DNA of 64,000 nucleotides from Octopus sinensis (taxonomy: Eukaryota), in the NCBI RefSeq assembly GCF_006345805.1, contig NC_043001.1, positions 131,626,001 to 131,690,000 of the forward strand, in the 5' to 3' direction. A program made the position numbers and the translations under genes. Numbering within the stretch: the first letter of the stretch is position 1; the number at the start of each line of letters is the position of its first letter. This document shows, in pieces, positions 24,465 to 36,699 of the stretch. The notes under the pieces are model-generated. The model was given only the letters and a program-made list of their open reading frames with translations. It ran no database searches and had not been told where the DNA came from.

Positions 24465-24877
24465 ACTCTTTTACTCTTTTGCTCTTTTACTTGTTTCAGT
24501 CATTTGACTGCGGCCATGCTGGAGCACCGCCTTTAGTCGAGCAAATCAACCCTGGGACTTATTCTTTGTAAGCCCAGTACTTATTTATCGGTCTCTTTTG
24601 CCGAACCGCTAAGTGACGGGGACGTAAACACACCAGCATCGGTTGTAAAGCAATGCTAGGGGGACAACACAGACACACAAACACACACACACATACATAC
24701 ATTATATATAATATATACGACAGGCTTCTTTCAGTTTCCGTCTACCAAATCACTCACAAGGCAATGGTTGGCCCGGGGCTATAGCAGAAGACACTGCCCA
24801 AGATGCCACACAGTGGGACTGAACCCGGAACCATGTGGTTGGTTAGCAAGCTATTACCACACAGCCACTCCTGTGCC
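24465..24877 (-). mobile_element. SINE family A, full length
   Basis: Complete reverse-complement copy. Confidence 0.9.
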
Positions 24878-25348
24878 TTGAAAGCAAAACTATAAATATC
24901 TTCGTTATGTGTTAATGGAGTACATTAGTCAACAACAAAATGAATATAGGCTGCTGAATGGACTGATGACAATGAATCAAATTAAAATCTTAATTAATGA
25001 ACTGAATATCAGTGGTAATTGCAAATATCCAACATGGAGGTTCAAAACATTCAGTAAAGAAACTTCTTTAAGCCTTTAACATTTAAGCCAGCCATATCCA
25101 CCTTAAATATTTTACCAGTTTTATGTTCAAATGAGCCAGATCCAGTGTCTCACACCTATCCTACAATGTCATGCGATGAGAAGTTTGTTTCCCAACCACA
25201 TGGTTCTTGGTTCAGTCTCACTATGTACCACCTTGGGCAAGTGTCTTCTCATTCCTAAGGTATTTTTCGATGTTATTATTATTATTATTATTATTATTCA
25301 AGTCACTACCTGGAATCAAACTTGGAATCCTGGGGTTAGTAGTCCGCA

Positions 25349-25434
25349 TGCCCATGGTGTAGTGGTTAAGAGTGCAGGCTACTAACCCCAGAATTCCGAG
25401 TTTGATTCCAAGCAGTGACTTGAATAATAATAAT

Positions 25435-25502
<68 letters not shown>

Positions 25503-25864
25503 TAAAATGTGGCATCTCAAGGCGGTTACAATACCAGTGATCATAGGAGCACTAGGAATGATCAAGAAGGGAACGGAAAATTATATGAGAATGATCCCTG
25601 GCTTACCATCCCTGCAAGAAGTGCAAAAGATTGTCTTAACTTGTACATCACACGTATTGAGAAGAGCATTGTCGATGTGAGAACTATTACTACCCATGTA
25701 TTTTAATTTAACTTTATTTCTATCAAAAAAAAAAAAATGAACGAACTAGTGAGTTTAGTTAATGCCTACAATGTATACTATGAGTTTCTTTGCCCTAGGA
25801 GTCGGGAAGACACTCAGCAAGAAATGGAAGCAAATTGAAAGAAAAAGAAAAATAATAATAATAA

Positions 25865-25902
<38 letters not shown>

Positions 25903-26048
25903 CATCAAAAAATAGCTTAGGAATGAGAACCCAGGTTCAAACTTTCCCCAAGACACCTGATGAAGGCTGGAGGGTATATCAGCCAAAATGTGTAAACAAC
26001 AGACAAGATGAGGAGAAATATCCATCAAATGTAAATAATGTAAATAAT
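25349..26048 (+). mobile_element. tRNA-headed element with internal (AAT)n and hammerhead-like tail, interrupted by a Dong-type fragment
   Basis: Head CCCATGGTGTAGTGGTTAAG..GAGTTTGATTCC. Tail ACAC-CTGATGA-A-GGCTG..CAGCC-AAAAT-GTGT. An inverted copy of the head lies at 25271-25347. Confidence 0.6.
25503..25845 (+). mobile_element. R4/Dong-type retrotransposon 3' fragment in (AAT)n
   Basis: MWHLKAVTIPVIIGALGMIKKG...QKIVLTCTSHVLRRALSM* is homologous to the C-terminus of the element at 58324-62310. (AAT)n on both sides. Confidence 0.85.
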
Positions 26049-26603
26049 GAACAAATCATAAGAGTGTTTAAAATCAGAGTCTGCAACATAGAACCATTTG
26101 TCAATAAAGTAGATGTCACATGAAAAAACATTTTTAAAAAAACCCATCTAGTTAGTGCTACATTTATCATCATTTTGTAAGCAGTGATTATTATCTATTT
26201 TTGGTACAGGTAATGTAGATATCCTAAATTAGTTTTTCATTAAATCTGAATTTCACATAAACATCAATTTTAATTTTTTTTTACATATTTAGTTGGCTAT
26301 ATAAAAAGGGGAAAATGTGTTTTGTTAAAATTCTTTCATTATTTTATATCTTTGACCTTTTTTGTTTATAAGTGTATCATACTTATTTCAACTATCTTGG
26401 GGTATAAAGGCCATTTTTAATTTTGTGGTTGTGGTTTCTATGACAGAAGTCAAGCATTGGCTGTAAATTTTCATAGCTATATGTGAACAAGATTTCTTTA
26501 AAAGAGTATTCTAATTTGCTTGAAGTGTTGCAATATATGTAAATGAAATATGTTTCAAAAATCTTTTGAGCAATGCAGGTAAGAAATTAGGAAAAATATG
26601 TAT

Positions 26604-27011
26604 AGGCGCAGGAGTGGCTGTGTGGTAAGTAGCTTGCTTACCAACCACATGGTTCTGGGTTCAGTCCCACTCCATGGCACCTTGGGCAAGTGTCTTCTAC
26701 TATAGCCTTGGGCCGACCGAAGCCTTGTGAGTGGATTTGGTAAACGGAAACTGAAAGAAGCGCGTCATATATATGTATATATATGTGTGTGCATGTATGT
26801 TTGTGTGTCTGTGTTTGTCCCCCTAGCATTGCATGACAACTGATGCTGGTGTGTTGACGTCCCTGTCACTTAGCAGTTCGGCAAAAGAGACCAATAGAAT
26901 AAGTACTGGGCTTGCAAAGAATAAGTCCCGGGGTCGAGTTGCTCAATTAAAGGTGGTGCTCCAGCATGGCCGCAGTCAAATGACTGAAACAAGTAAAAGA
27001 GAAAAAGAGTA
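26604..27011 (+). mobile_element. SINE family A, full length
   Basis: GGCGCAGGAGTGGCTGTGTGG head to AAAAGAG tail. Confidence 0.9.
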
Positions 27012-27518
27012 AAGGTGATATCAATGAATAAAAACAAAATGGAAAGCCATTGTATAACCTTACCTTGATTGTGTAATGATCCTACAATACTTCGGGAAAG
27101 ATTCCTCTTTTCAAATAGAAGAGGGAAAATAATCTAGGAGTTCAGAGAAATGTGTTGTTATGAGCAGGTTTTTCTAGCATTTTGTGACTTATCACAAAAT
27201 AGTTGTAAATGAGTCTTACTGTCTTACAAGCAGTGTCATGTGTTGCCAATCTTCCATGGAAATATGTTCCATCATGGGGAAACAAATGAGGAATGGTGGC
27301 AGAAAGGGCATATGGCAGTAGAAATTTGTCTTAACAAATTCCTTTTTACCTATGTAAGTGTGGAAAAAAGCATATTAAAACAATGAAGAAACCGATGATG
27401 ATGATGATGATGATGATATACACACACATATATTATATAATATATATGTATATATATATATTATATATTATATATATGTAATATTATATATTTAATATAT
27501 ATATATATATATATATAT

Positions 27519-27549
<31 letters not shown>

Positions 27550-27550
27550 A

Positions 27551-27730
27551 AACGGGAAGGTTTACGAAAATAAACAAAAGACGAAGGCAGGTGGAGTACA
27601 ACACAAGTAAATGTATTAGTATGGCGCTCAGGAATAGAAATAGAACAAGTCTTTTACGTTTCGAGCCTACGCTCTTCGATAGAAAGATACACAGAAAAGA
27701 AACAAGGAGAGAAAAAAATGCATGTAGGAG
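27551..27730 (-). mobile_element. Short Penelope-like terminal repeat, family C
   Basis: Matches 7701-7888. Motif at 27650-27687 with a degenerate core CTATCGA; (TA)n flank. Confidence 0.75.
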
Positions 27731-27791
27731 CTAACGGTCCATCATGATTTAAGAATATCATCATTATCATCACTTTCACCACTACCATGGT

Positions 27792-27915
27792 GACCGATAG
27801 AATAAGTACTGGGCTTACAAAAGAATAAGTCCCGAGGTCGAGTTGCTCGATTAAAGGCGGTGCTCCAGCATGGCCACAGTCAAATGACTGAAACAAGTAA
27901 AAGAGTAAAAGAGAG
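27792..27915 (+). mobile_element. SINE family A, 3' tail
   Basis: GACCGATAGAATAAGTACTGGGC...AAAAGAGTAAAAGAG. Confidence 0.85.
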
Positions 27916-28736
27916 AGTAAGAGTATAGGTTGGTTTTTTTTTTGTGTTTTACACATATTACACAATTAATTCAATAATTTGTTGTCAGTATTGAGATGAT
28001 GAACTTAACATTAAATGTAGCATAGACCAAAGTACACTTTTGGTAGATAAATAAAATGCCTTCTTCTATAAAATATCTAAAAAAAAAAACAAATAGCAAA
28101 GAAGAAATTATGCTTATCCTTATTCTAATAAACTTTAATATCTTTATTTATTAGCTGTTTTTCTAATGTTCCTTGATTCATTGCTCTTCTGGCAAAATAA
28201 AGAAATCATTACCGTTGTTTTTGTTAGCACTTTTACCATCATCGTTCTTGTTGTAGTTACTACTACTACGACAACGAGTAACCCCTACCATCACCACTAC
28301 TACTACTACTACTACTAAAACTACAACTACTGCTGCTGCTGCTGCTACTACTGCTACTACTACTACTACTACTACTACTTTCTGTTTATTTTCATTTTTT
28401 TGTGGGGTTTTTTTTTACAAAATTTGAATAGAAGTAAATTTTTTTAAAGTGAGTCTCATATTTCTTGAAATATATTGATTTCAAAAATAAATTCGTGACC
28501 ATTGAATAGGAAAAGGATAAAGTCTGGAGGGTTTTTTTAATATATATTTTATTTTATTTTATTTTATTTTGTTATAAGAAAATACTTTATATATACATAC
28601 ACATATACATATATATATACATACATATACATGCATGCATGCATACATACATACATACATACATACATACATACATACATACATACATACATACATGCAT
28701 GCATAGATTCATACATACACATACATGCATACATGC

Positions 28737-28770
<34 letters not shown>

Positions 28771-29602
28771 AATATATATATATATACATGCACACATATA
28801 TGCATATTTGTATGTACATATATGTATATATATATATACACACATATATGCATATTTGTATGTATATATATATGTATGCATATTTGTATGTATATATATC
28901 TATATATATATATTATATATATATATATATATATACATATATAAAGAGTTTGTGTGTATGTGCATCTGTGCACATACGTACACCTTTACGTATACATGCA
29001 TATATATTAATATATATGTGTGTGTATGTACGTGTATGTGTGTGTGTCTGTGCATGTGTGTGTGTGTGTGTGCTGGTAATTAAATAAGTTGATCAATTAT
29101 TAAAAAAAACACAAGAGAAAATAAAAAGAAGAAAATAAAGAGAAGGAAATAAACACTGAAAGAACTGAATGAATATTTAAACTGAGAAAGTAATATGAAA
29201 GGTGTGATAAGAGGGTGTGATGGAAATGGGGACATGGGAGTGTAAATAATAAAAGTGAGAGGTTAGATAAGGAAAAATAGAGATAAAAGAGGGTGGGGTG
29301 GGGTGGGAAAGGGAAGAAAGGCATAAAGTGTAAGTTTGATAGAAGAAGAGAGCAGAGCAGGAAGAGTAAGTATATAGACAGAGTGTGAGGGACGGAAATA
29401 GATTGACAAAAAAACATATAGATAACATCGGAATATATATAGAAGATGAGAGTGACAGTTTGATACAGGAGACGGGTAAGAGTAAAAAAATTAGATGCAA
29501 AAAGAGACAGGAATTTTATACACACACATACACACACACACACACCACACACACACACACACATACACACACACACACATATCTTTCTTTCTCTTTCTCT
29601 TT

Positions 29603-30008
29603 CTCTTTTGCTTGTTTCAGTCATTTGACTGTGGCCATGCTGGAGCACCGCCTTTAATCGAGCAAACTCGACCCCGGGACTTATTCTTTTTGTAAGCCCA
29701 GGACTTATTCTATCGGTCTCTTTTGCCGAACCGCTAAGTGACGGGGACATAAACACACTATCATCGGTTCTCAAGCAATGCTTGGGGGACAAACACAGAC
29801 ACACAAACATACACGCAAACATATATATATATATATACATATATACGACGAGCTTCTTTCAGTTTCCGTCTACCAAATCCACTCACAAGGCTTTGGTCGG
29901 CCCAAGGCTATAGTAGAAGACACTTACCCAAAGTGCCACACCGTGGGACTGAACCCAGAACCATGTGGTTGGTAAGCAAGTACTTACCACACAGCCACTC
30001 CCACGCCT
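29603..30008 (-). mobile_element. SINE family A, full length (duplication unit 1)
   Basis: Complete reverse-complement copy. Confidence 0.9.
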
Positions 30009-30053
30009 ATATATTCACACACACACATATACATATACACACACATATATATA

Positions 30054-30325
30054 GGTGCAGGCATGGCTGTGGGGGTAAGAAGCTTGCTTCTCAACCATAT
30101 GGTTCTGGGTTTAGTCCCATTACATGGCACCTTGGGCAAGTATCTTCTACTATAACCACAGGCTGGCCAAGGCCTTGTGAGTGGATTTGGTAGATGGAAA
30201 CTGAAAGAAGCCCGTCGTATATGTAAACACACCAGCACCAGTCGTCAAGCGGTGATGTGGGGACGAACACAGACACAAAGACACACACATATTCATTCAT
30301 ATATGTGTGTATGTGTGTGTGTGTG

Positions 30326-30365
<40 letters not shown>

Positions 30366-30465
30366 TGTGTGCGTGCCTGCGTGTATGCGGGTCTTTGTGT
30401 CTGTGTTCATCCCAGCATCACCACTTGATGACCGGTGTTGGTGTGTTTACATCCCCGTAACTTAG
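30054..30465 (+). mobile_element. SINE family A, 3'-truncated (duplication unit 1)
   Basis: Head to CCCCGTAACTTAG. Confidence 0.85.
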
Positions 30466-30616
30466 TGAAGTTAAAACGAGCACTGATATTTTGAAAGCGT
30501 TTAATACACGTGATCCGGATAATTATGCAAGAGAGAAAAAGAATTCATCTCTTACTTAACGCCTTCATTTAAGACATTTCAAATATGAATAACAGTAAAA
30601 TTCATCCTTTATATAC

Positions 30617-30646
30617 CTTTGGCTTGACTATGTCAACAGAATTCAC
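30617..30646 (-). CDS. Candidate 30-nt microexon (VNSVDIVKPK), copy 1
   Basis: ttcttcattccttcatgtag|GTGAATTCTGTTGACATAGTCAAGCCAAAG|gtatat; open only in phase 0. Confidence 0.3.
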
Positions 30647-31454
30647 CTACATGAAGGAATGAAGAATAGTAGCTAGGAGTAGAATATTTATTGAGAGGGA
30701 TCTTTTGTGTCCCCACAAGTCCTTTTTTATTTTTCCAACCTTCACTTTGAACTATCAACACCATTCTGACACCCGTTTATCACACCTTTACTTCCCTTTC
30801 TTTCTTTCTTCCTTTTTTTTCTTTCTTTCTTTCTTTCTTCATATTAAAGATTCAGTCCCACTTCTTGGCACCTTGGGCAAGTATCTTTTACTAAGTAGTC
30901 TCGAGCAGACCAAAGACTTGAAGTGGATTTGGCAAAGAGGAACTGAAAGAGGCCTGTGGTATACACAAAAGTATGTGTGTAAGTGTGTGTGTGTGTGGTG
31001 CTGGTAATTAAATAAGTTGATCAATTATTAAAAAAAACACAAGAGAAAATAAAAGAAGAAAATAAAGAGAAGGAAATAAACACTGAAAGAACTGAATGAA
31101 ATATTTAAACTGAGAAAGTAATATGAAAGGTGTGATAAGAGGGTGTGATGGAAATGGGGACATGGGAGTGTAAATAATAAAAAGTGAGAGGTTAGATAAG
31201 GAAAAATAGAGATAAAAGAGGGTGGGGTGGGGTGGGAAAGGGAAGAAAGGCATAAAGTGTAAGTTTGATAGAAGAAGAGAGCAGAGCAGGAAGAGTAAGT
31301 ATATAGACAGAGTGTGAGGGACGGAAATAGATTGACAAAAAAAACATATAGATAAACATCGGAATATTATATAGAAGATGAGAGTGACAGTTTGATACAG
31401 GAGACGGATAAGAGTAAAAAAATTAGATGCAAAAAGAGACAGGAATTTTATACA

Positions 31455-31495
<41 letters not shown>

Positions 31496-31532
31496 ACACA
31501 CACACACATATCTTTCTTTCTCTTTCTCTTTC

Positions 31533-31749
31533 TCTTTTGCTTGTTTCAGTCATTTGACTGCGGCCATGCTGGAGCACCGCCTTTAATCGAGCAAACTCGA
31601 CCCCGGGACTTATTCTTTTTGTAAGCCCAGGACTTATTCTATCGGTCTCTTTTGCCGAACCGCTAAGTGACGGGGACATAAACACACTATCATCGGTTCT
31701 CAAGCAATGCTTGGGGGACAAACACAGACACACAAACATACACGCAAAC

Positions 31750-31782
<33 letters not shown>

Positions 31783-31947
31783 TACGACGAGCTTCTTTCA
31801 GTTTCCGTCTACCAAATCCACTCACAAGGCTTTGGTCGGCCCGAGGCTATAGTAGAAGACACTTACCCAAAGTGCCACACCGTGGGACTGAACCCAGAAC
31901 CATGTGGTTGGTAAGCAAGTACTTACCACACAGCCACTCCCGCGCCT
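31533..31947 (-). mobile_element. SINE family A, full length (duplication unit 2)
   Basis: Duplicate of 29603-30008. Confidence 0.9.
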
Positions 31948-31992
31948 ATATATTCACACACACACATATACATATACACACACATATATATA

Positions 31993-32237
31993 GGTGCAGG
32001 CATGGCTGTGGGGGTAAGAAGCTTGCTTCTCAACCATATGGTTCTGGGTTCAGTCCCATTACATGGCACCTTGGGCAAGTATCTTCTACTATAGCCACAG
32101 GCTGGCCAAGGCCTTGTGAGTGGATTTGGTAGATGGAAACTGAAAGAAGCCCGTCGTATATGTAAACACACCAGCACCAGTCGTCAAGCGGTGATGTGGG
32201 GACGAACACAGACACAAAGACACACACATATTCATTC

Positions 32238-32284
<47 letters not shown>

Positions 32285-32383
32285 TGTGTGCGTGCCTGCG
32301 TGTATGCGGGTCTTTGTGTCTGTGTTCATCCCAGCATCACCACTTGATGACCGGTGTTGGTGTGTTTACATCCCCGTAACTTA
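31993..32383 (+). mobile_element. SINE family A, 3'-truncated (duplication unit 2)
   Basis: Duplicate of 30054-30465. Confidence 0.85.
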
Positions 32384-32535
32384 GTGAAGTTAAAACGAGC
32401 ACTGATATTTTGAAAGCGTTTAATACACGTGATCCGGATAATTATGCAGGAGAGAAAAAGAATTCATCTCTTACTTAACGCCTTCATTTAAGACATTTCA
32501 AATATGAATAACAGTAAAATTCATCCTTTATATAC

Positions 32536-32565
32536 CTTTGGCTTGACTATGTCAACAGAATTCAC
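32536..32565 (-). CDS. Candidate 30-nt microexon, copy 2
   Basis: Identical to 30617-30646, including the splice signals. Confidence 0.3.
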
Positions 32566-32751
32566 CTACATGAAGGAATGAAGAATAGTAGCTAGGAGTA
32601 GAATATTTATTGAGAGGGATCTTTTGTGTCCCCACAAGCCCTTTTTTATTTTTCCAACCTTCACTTTGAACTATCAACACCATTCTGACACCTGTTTATC
32701 ACACCTTTACTTCCCTTTCTTTCTTTCTTTCTTTCTTCATATTAAAGATTC

Positions 32752-32921
32752 AGTCCCACTTCTTGGCACCTTGGGCAAGTATCTTTTACTAAGTAGTCTC
32801 GAGCAGACCAAAGACTTGAAGTGGATTTGGCAAAGAGGAACTGAAAGAGGCCTGTGGTATACACAAAAGTATGTGTGTAAGTGTGTGTGTGTGTGTGTGT
32901 GTGTTGTGTGTGTGTGTGTGT

Positions 32922-32954
<33 letters not shown>

Positions 32955-33141
32955 TCCTCCACCGCTTGACAACCAGTGTTGTTGTTTACGTCTCCACAAC
33001 TTAGCAGTTCGGCAAAAACGATGGATAAAATAAGTACCAGGCTTTAAAAAAAATCTAAGTACTAGGGTCGATTCGTTCAACTAAAATTTTTCAGGGTGGG
33101 GCTCTTGCATGGCTGCAGTCTTCTGACTGAAACATGTAAAA
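32752..33141 (+). mobile_element. SINE family A, degenerate and 5'-truncated
   Basis: CORE-like motif, internal (TG)n and tail. Its 5' half is also present at 30851-30975. Confidence 0.8.
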
Positions 33142-35039
33142 GATAAACATTAAAAGATTTTTTCATTTATTTATTCATTTATTTATTTGACCCGTTTCCC
33201 TCCGATCAACTTTAATAAGTTTAACCTACTGCCTGTCAATCGAAAATCAATTTCACATTATCTCTGTGCACACCCTGGATCCCATTTCATATTGCCATTG
33301 GACTGTACACATTATCCATCTCTCTCTGACTTACGTAAAATAATAAATTTTTATTCCATCTTCCTTCTCAATAACCTGATTGCAATTATCATGGGTTAAG
33401 GTGAAACTGAAGTAATACGAAATTGCTCCTCTGAGAAGCCATGTGCCAGGACCCAGTCACCATATTCTTCCATGTTAAGTGTTCAGTGCAAAGAAATATA
33501 AGTAGTCTTTTAAACATCAGTTAGGTTATTTCGTTTTTATGAAGAATTCCTTTAATGTTGCAGAATGCCTATAATAATTAAAAGGCTAAGATTTAATTTT
33601 CCCAATCAGTCGAATGACTTGTGCTTAGCCACTGGCATCCATATTAGGTCAAACGTCAAGGTTAAATTTCATATTAAGAGGAAAATTTGTTTGATAAATA
33701 ATGCAGTATCTTTGTTATCACCTACCAATATCTTATTCTCAGAATTTAATTAATTGAATCAATATTAAAGTTTTCAATTAAAGTTTTAATTTGAATTAAG
33801 TGCAACTAAAACAACAACACGTTGGTACTTAGCTTAACCTGACTGAATTTTGTAAATTACTTATTTGCATCATTTATAGATTCGTGAGTCACCCAAATCG
33901 TTAATAATTAATGGATGTCGATCAAACTGAGAGAAAAGAAAATTTTTTAATCAATATATAGAGGCAAAAATCTATATTTGAAATTAAAAAATTAAAAAAA
34001 AAACATAATTGATAAGTATTTAGGGACTATAGTATAACTACAGTCTTTTGGAGATATTCTGAAAGAGTATATTTTTTCCAGTTTTTTTTACATAGAGTTA
34101 CTATTGAATAATAGTTAAAGATTTCTCGGCATTCTTTTTGTTTAATATTCATAAAAATTATAACACGTTGGGAAACATTTTTTATGAATTATTTTTAGAG
34201 AAAAATGAAGAAGAATGTTGGGAATTCTTGCTAGTGAGTTATAATTTTTGAATTATGAAATATTAAATTACTATAAAACTTTATATCTGAAAAATGTCAG
34301 GATTAATAACGACTTAAGCGATCAAACTCACTTCAAAACAAAATAATTCCAAATACTTATTTTAATAACTTATTTCCTTCACACGTTCTTAGAATAAATG
34401 TAAAGTTACAAAATTTCGTTGACGGTGTAATAGCTAATGCTTTGTACATTAAAAGTAAAAATACACAAATAGCTGCAATTTATATGCTAATAAGTTGGTC
34501 TTAAATATAGTCAGAAATTATGAGCATGCAAGAAGGATAGAAATTCAGAAATAGAAATTTTGGTCTTGGATGCTTTTCATTTTCCTCTTTTTTTTTTTTT
34601 TTTGCATTCCTTCCAAAATTTGATGTCACCTTACTAGTACAAATCCGGTACTAATACAAAGACATGGACAGGATGTTCAGAAGAAAGGATGAAAGAGGCA
34701 ATCAAAGGTTGTAAGACGTTACTTGAAGTTGCCTTCATGTACAATCAACAGTATATACTCTACAGGCTTGAGTAATACTAGAATTACAGGAGACTATGAC
34801 CATGACAGTAAGCTTGACAGAGAAGGTAAGCTGAATGTCATCTAAGCTAGAAAACCCTGAGATACAAACAGAAGAATGTAAAGAGACGGACGAAGGTCAC
34901 ATTCAGCAGAACAGAAGCCTAAAACATGGAGTTAACATTAAACTTTACTAAGATGCCAGCTCACTAATCAGCTGTCCTCCCCCCCCCCCCAAAAAAAAAA
35001 ATTGGGGGCCTTGTGCCTAGAACAGAAATGAATATGTAT

Positions 35040-35210
35040 GCCAAGGTGACAAGCTGGCAGAATCGTTAGCATGTCGGGCAAAATGTTTAGCGGCATTTCG
35101 TCCTTTTGGGGTCGATAAAATAAGTACCAGTTGAGTACTGGAGTCGATGTAATCGACTTCTCTTCTCTCTCGATATTGCTGGCTTTGTGCTAAAATTTGA
35201 AATCAGTATT
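35040..35210 (+). mobile_element. SINE family B, internally deleted
   Basis: AGCTGGCAGAATCGTTAGCA head and GGGGTCGATAAAATAAGTACCAG domain. Confidence 0.8.
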
Positions 35211-35464
35211 AAACTTACTAAAAAAATATCCCTACTTAAAAATACATAGATACGTAAACATTATTGATGCCACATACATAATGTATGCTTTTTGTTTAAA
35301 TGATTTTAAGCTGTGGTATTTCATCCAGGCAAAGTCCCTTTAAGATTAGTGTTAAAATATATTGTTTACCTCAAAAACCAAGCAAAACGAATCGCCCCTG
35401 AGGTGAATGAGAGTGACAAATATCGATATTTTGCTGTAGTCACCCTTGAAACGAATTCACATCG

Positions 35465-35950
35465 TTGGTTTGTGATATATGTAAAAAGTATAAAAGCTAT
35501 CTGCTGATGTGCCACTTGTGTGACAGCAATAATGTTTACATTACTGGAGCGGCTTCTAACTCAAAATCTAATTTTGTTTTACATAGACATGATCCAGAAA
35601 GACCCCTGCTTCACTCCAAATATTTTCCTAATGATTTTACAGAACAAAATTTTCCAGTATTTGTTCTCAAAGACAGAACTCTAAGTGGCAAAAGTGAAAG
35701 TAGACGATGGTTTGCATTCAGTGCTAGAAATTATCTCTTTCCTTGTCTGCTTTGTGGGGGGTTTCTGTCATGCAGTAGACTCAACAACAATTGATCAGGT
35801 TCTCCAAACAAGGCTGGGGTTGCATATCAAAAACTGAGAAAATAGTTTAACATGTTACTTGACTACCTAAACAGTACAACACACGAAATCTGCTATTCAA
35901 AATGATGCAAATTGCAGAGGAAGTAAAGCAGTGATACAGGGGTTTTATTA
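35465..35950 (+). pseudogene. Possible hAT transposase N-terminal (TTF-type zinc finger) remnant
   Basis: LSGKSESRRWFAFSARNYLFPCLLC, and downstream GVAYQKLRK*FNMLLDYLNSTTHEIC, loosely resemble RKWL.YS...FC..C...G..W....L..H..S..H..C. Confidence 0.3.
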
Positions 35951-36329
35951 TGTCTCACAACGAAACAACGAAACATATTTACCAGGATAATTAAAATAGT
36001 AAGAGAGTCACCGACGATCGATAGCCAAAGGGATATAGTCCCCTTTGTTTACATCGGCGATCAATAACCAAGGGGAGACATTCTTTTGTTGACATTGAGT
36101 TATGGGGTCATTTTCTCCTCGATATTCTAGAGGGGCCACTCGCTAGAGGGTCTTTAGCCAACGGGTTTTGGGATCTGATGGTACGCCATAAGGCTAAGCC
36201 CTTTATGGATATGAAACCTAAGATAATCCCATAAACCGACCTTATCTAATATTAATATATACTGCTCTGTTACTTAGAATGTGTTTCTTTTTTCGGATTC
36301 ATGTTTATGGACGATCCGATATGTGTATG

Positions 36330-36545
36330 TGTGTGTCTTTGTGCCTGCGTTTGTTCGCCCACCACCGTTTGTCGGGGTGTTTGCGTCCCAGTAACTTAGC
36401 AGTTTGCAAAAGACACCGATAGCACATGTACCAGGCTTAAAAATGTAGAAGTCTTGGGAGCGATTCGTTCGACTAAAAATTCAAGGTTGTGCCCCAGCAT
36501 AGCAGCAGTCAAATGACTGAATCAAACAGAGAATAAAAGAATAAG
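36330..36545 (+). mobile_element. SINE family A, degenerate 3' half
   Basis: GCAGTCAAATGACTGAA tail motif. Confidence 0.7.
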
Positions 36546-36699
36546 TTTTACTGTTATGAACCAGAGTAAGTAAAATACATCTGAGAAAATTCAGATGCAG
36601 ATTCTGATGAATCTGCATAAAATTCAAACGGAATATTTTCTTTATTTTCATTGATTTGGAGCGTCCAAGTAATTTGACACTACAAACACACTCATTCTG

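Larger units (their letters stand above)
29073..32950. repeat. Tandem segmental duplication, unit 1928 bp (29073-31000 and 31001 to about 32950)
   Basis: CTGGTAATTAAATAAGTTGATC starts at 29073 and 31001. The units are co-linear, differing by scattered substitutions and microsatellite lengths; junctions lie in (TG)n. Confidence 0.97.

Noticed and set aside
29291-29313. G-quadruplex-forming run GGGTGGGGTGGGGTGGGAAAGGG
   Set aside because: It lies in a purine-rich low-complexity tract with no functional context.
33335-33375. Possible minus-strand exon VIEKEDGIKIYYF with a strong GTAAGT donor
   Set aside because: Its phase is incompatible with the next candidate exon, the acceptor is ambiguous, and I recognise no homology.
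34650-34770. pogo/psq-like HTH text (TWTGCSEERMKEAIKG)
   Set aside because: Too short and isolated, with no TIR or downstream DDE domain.
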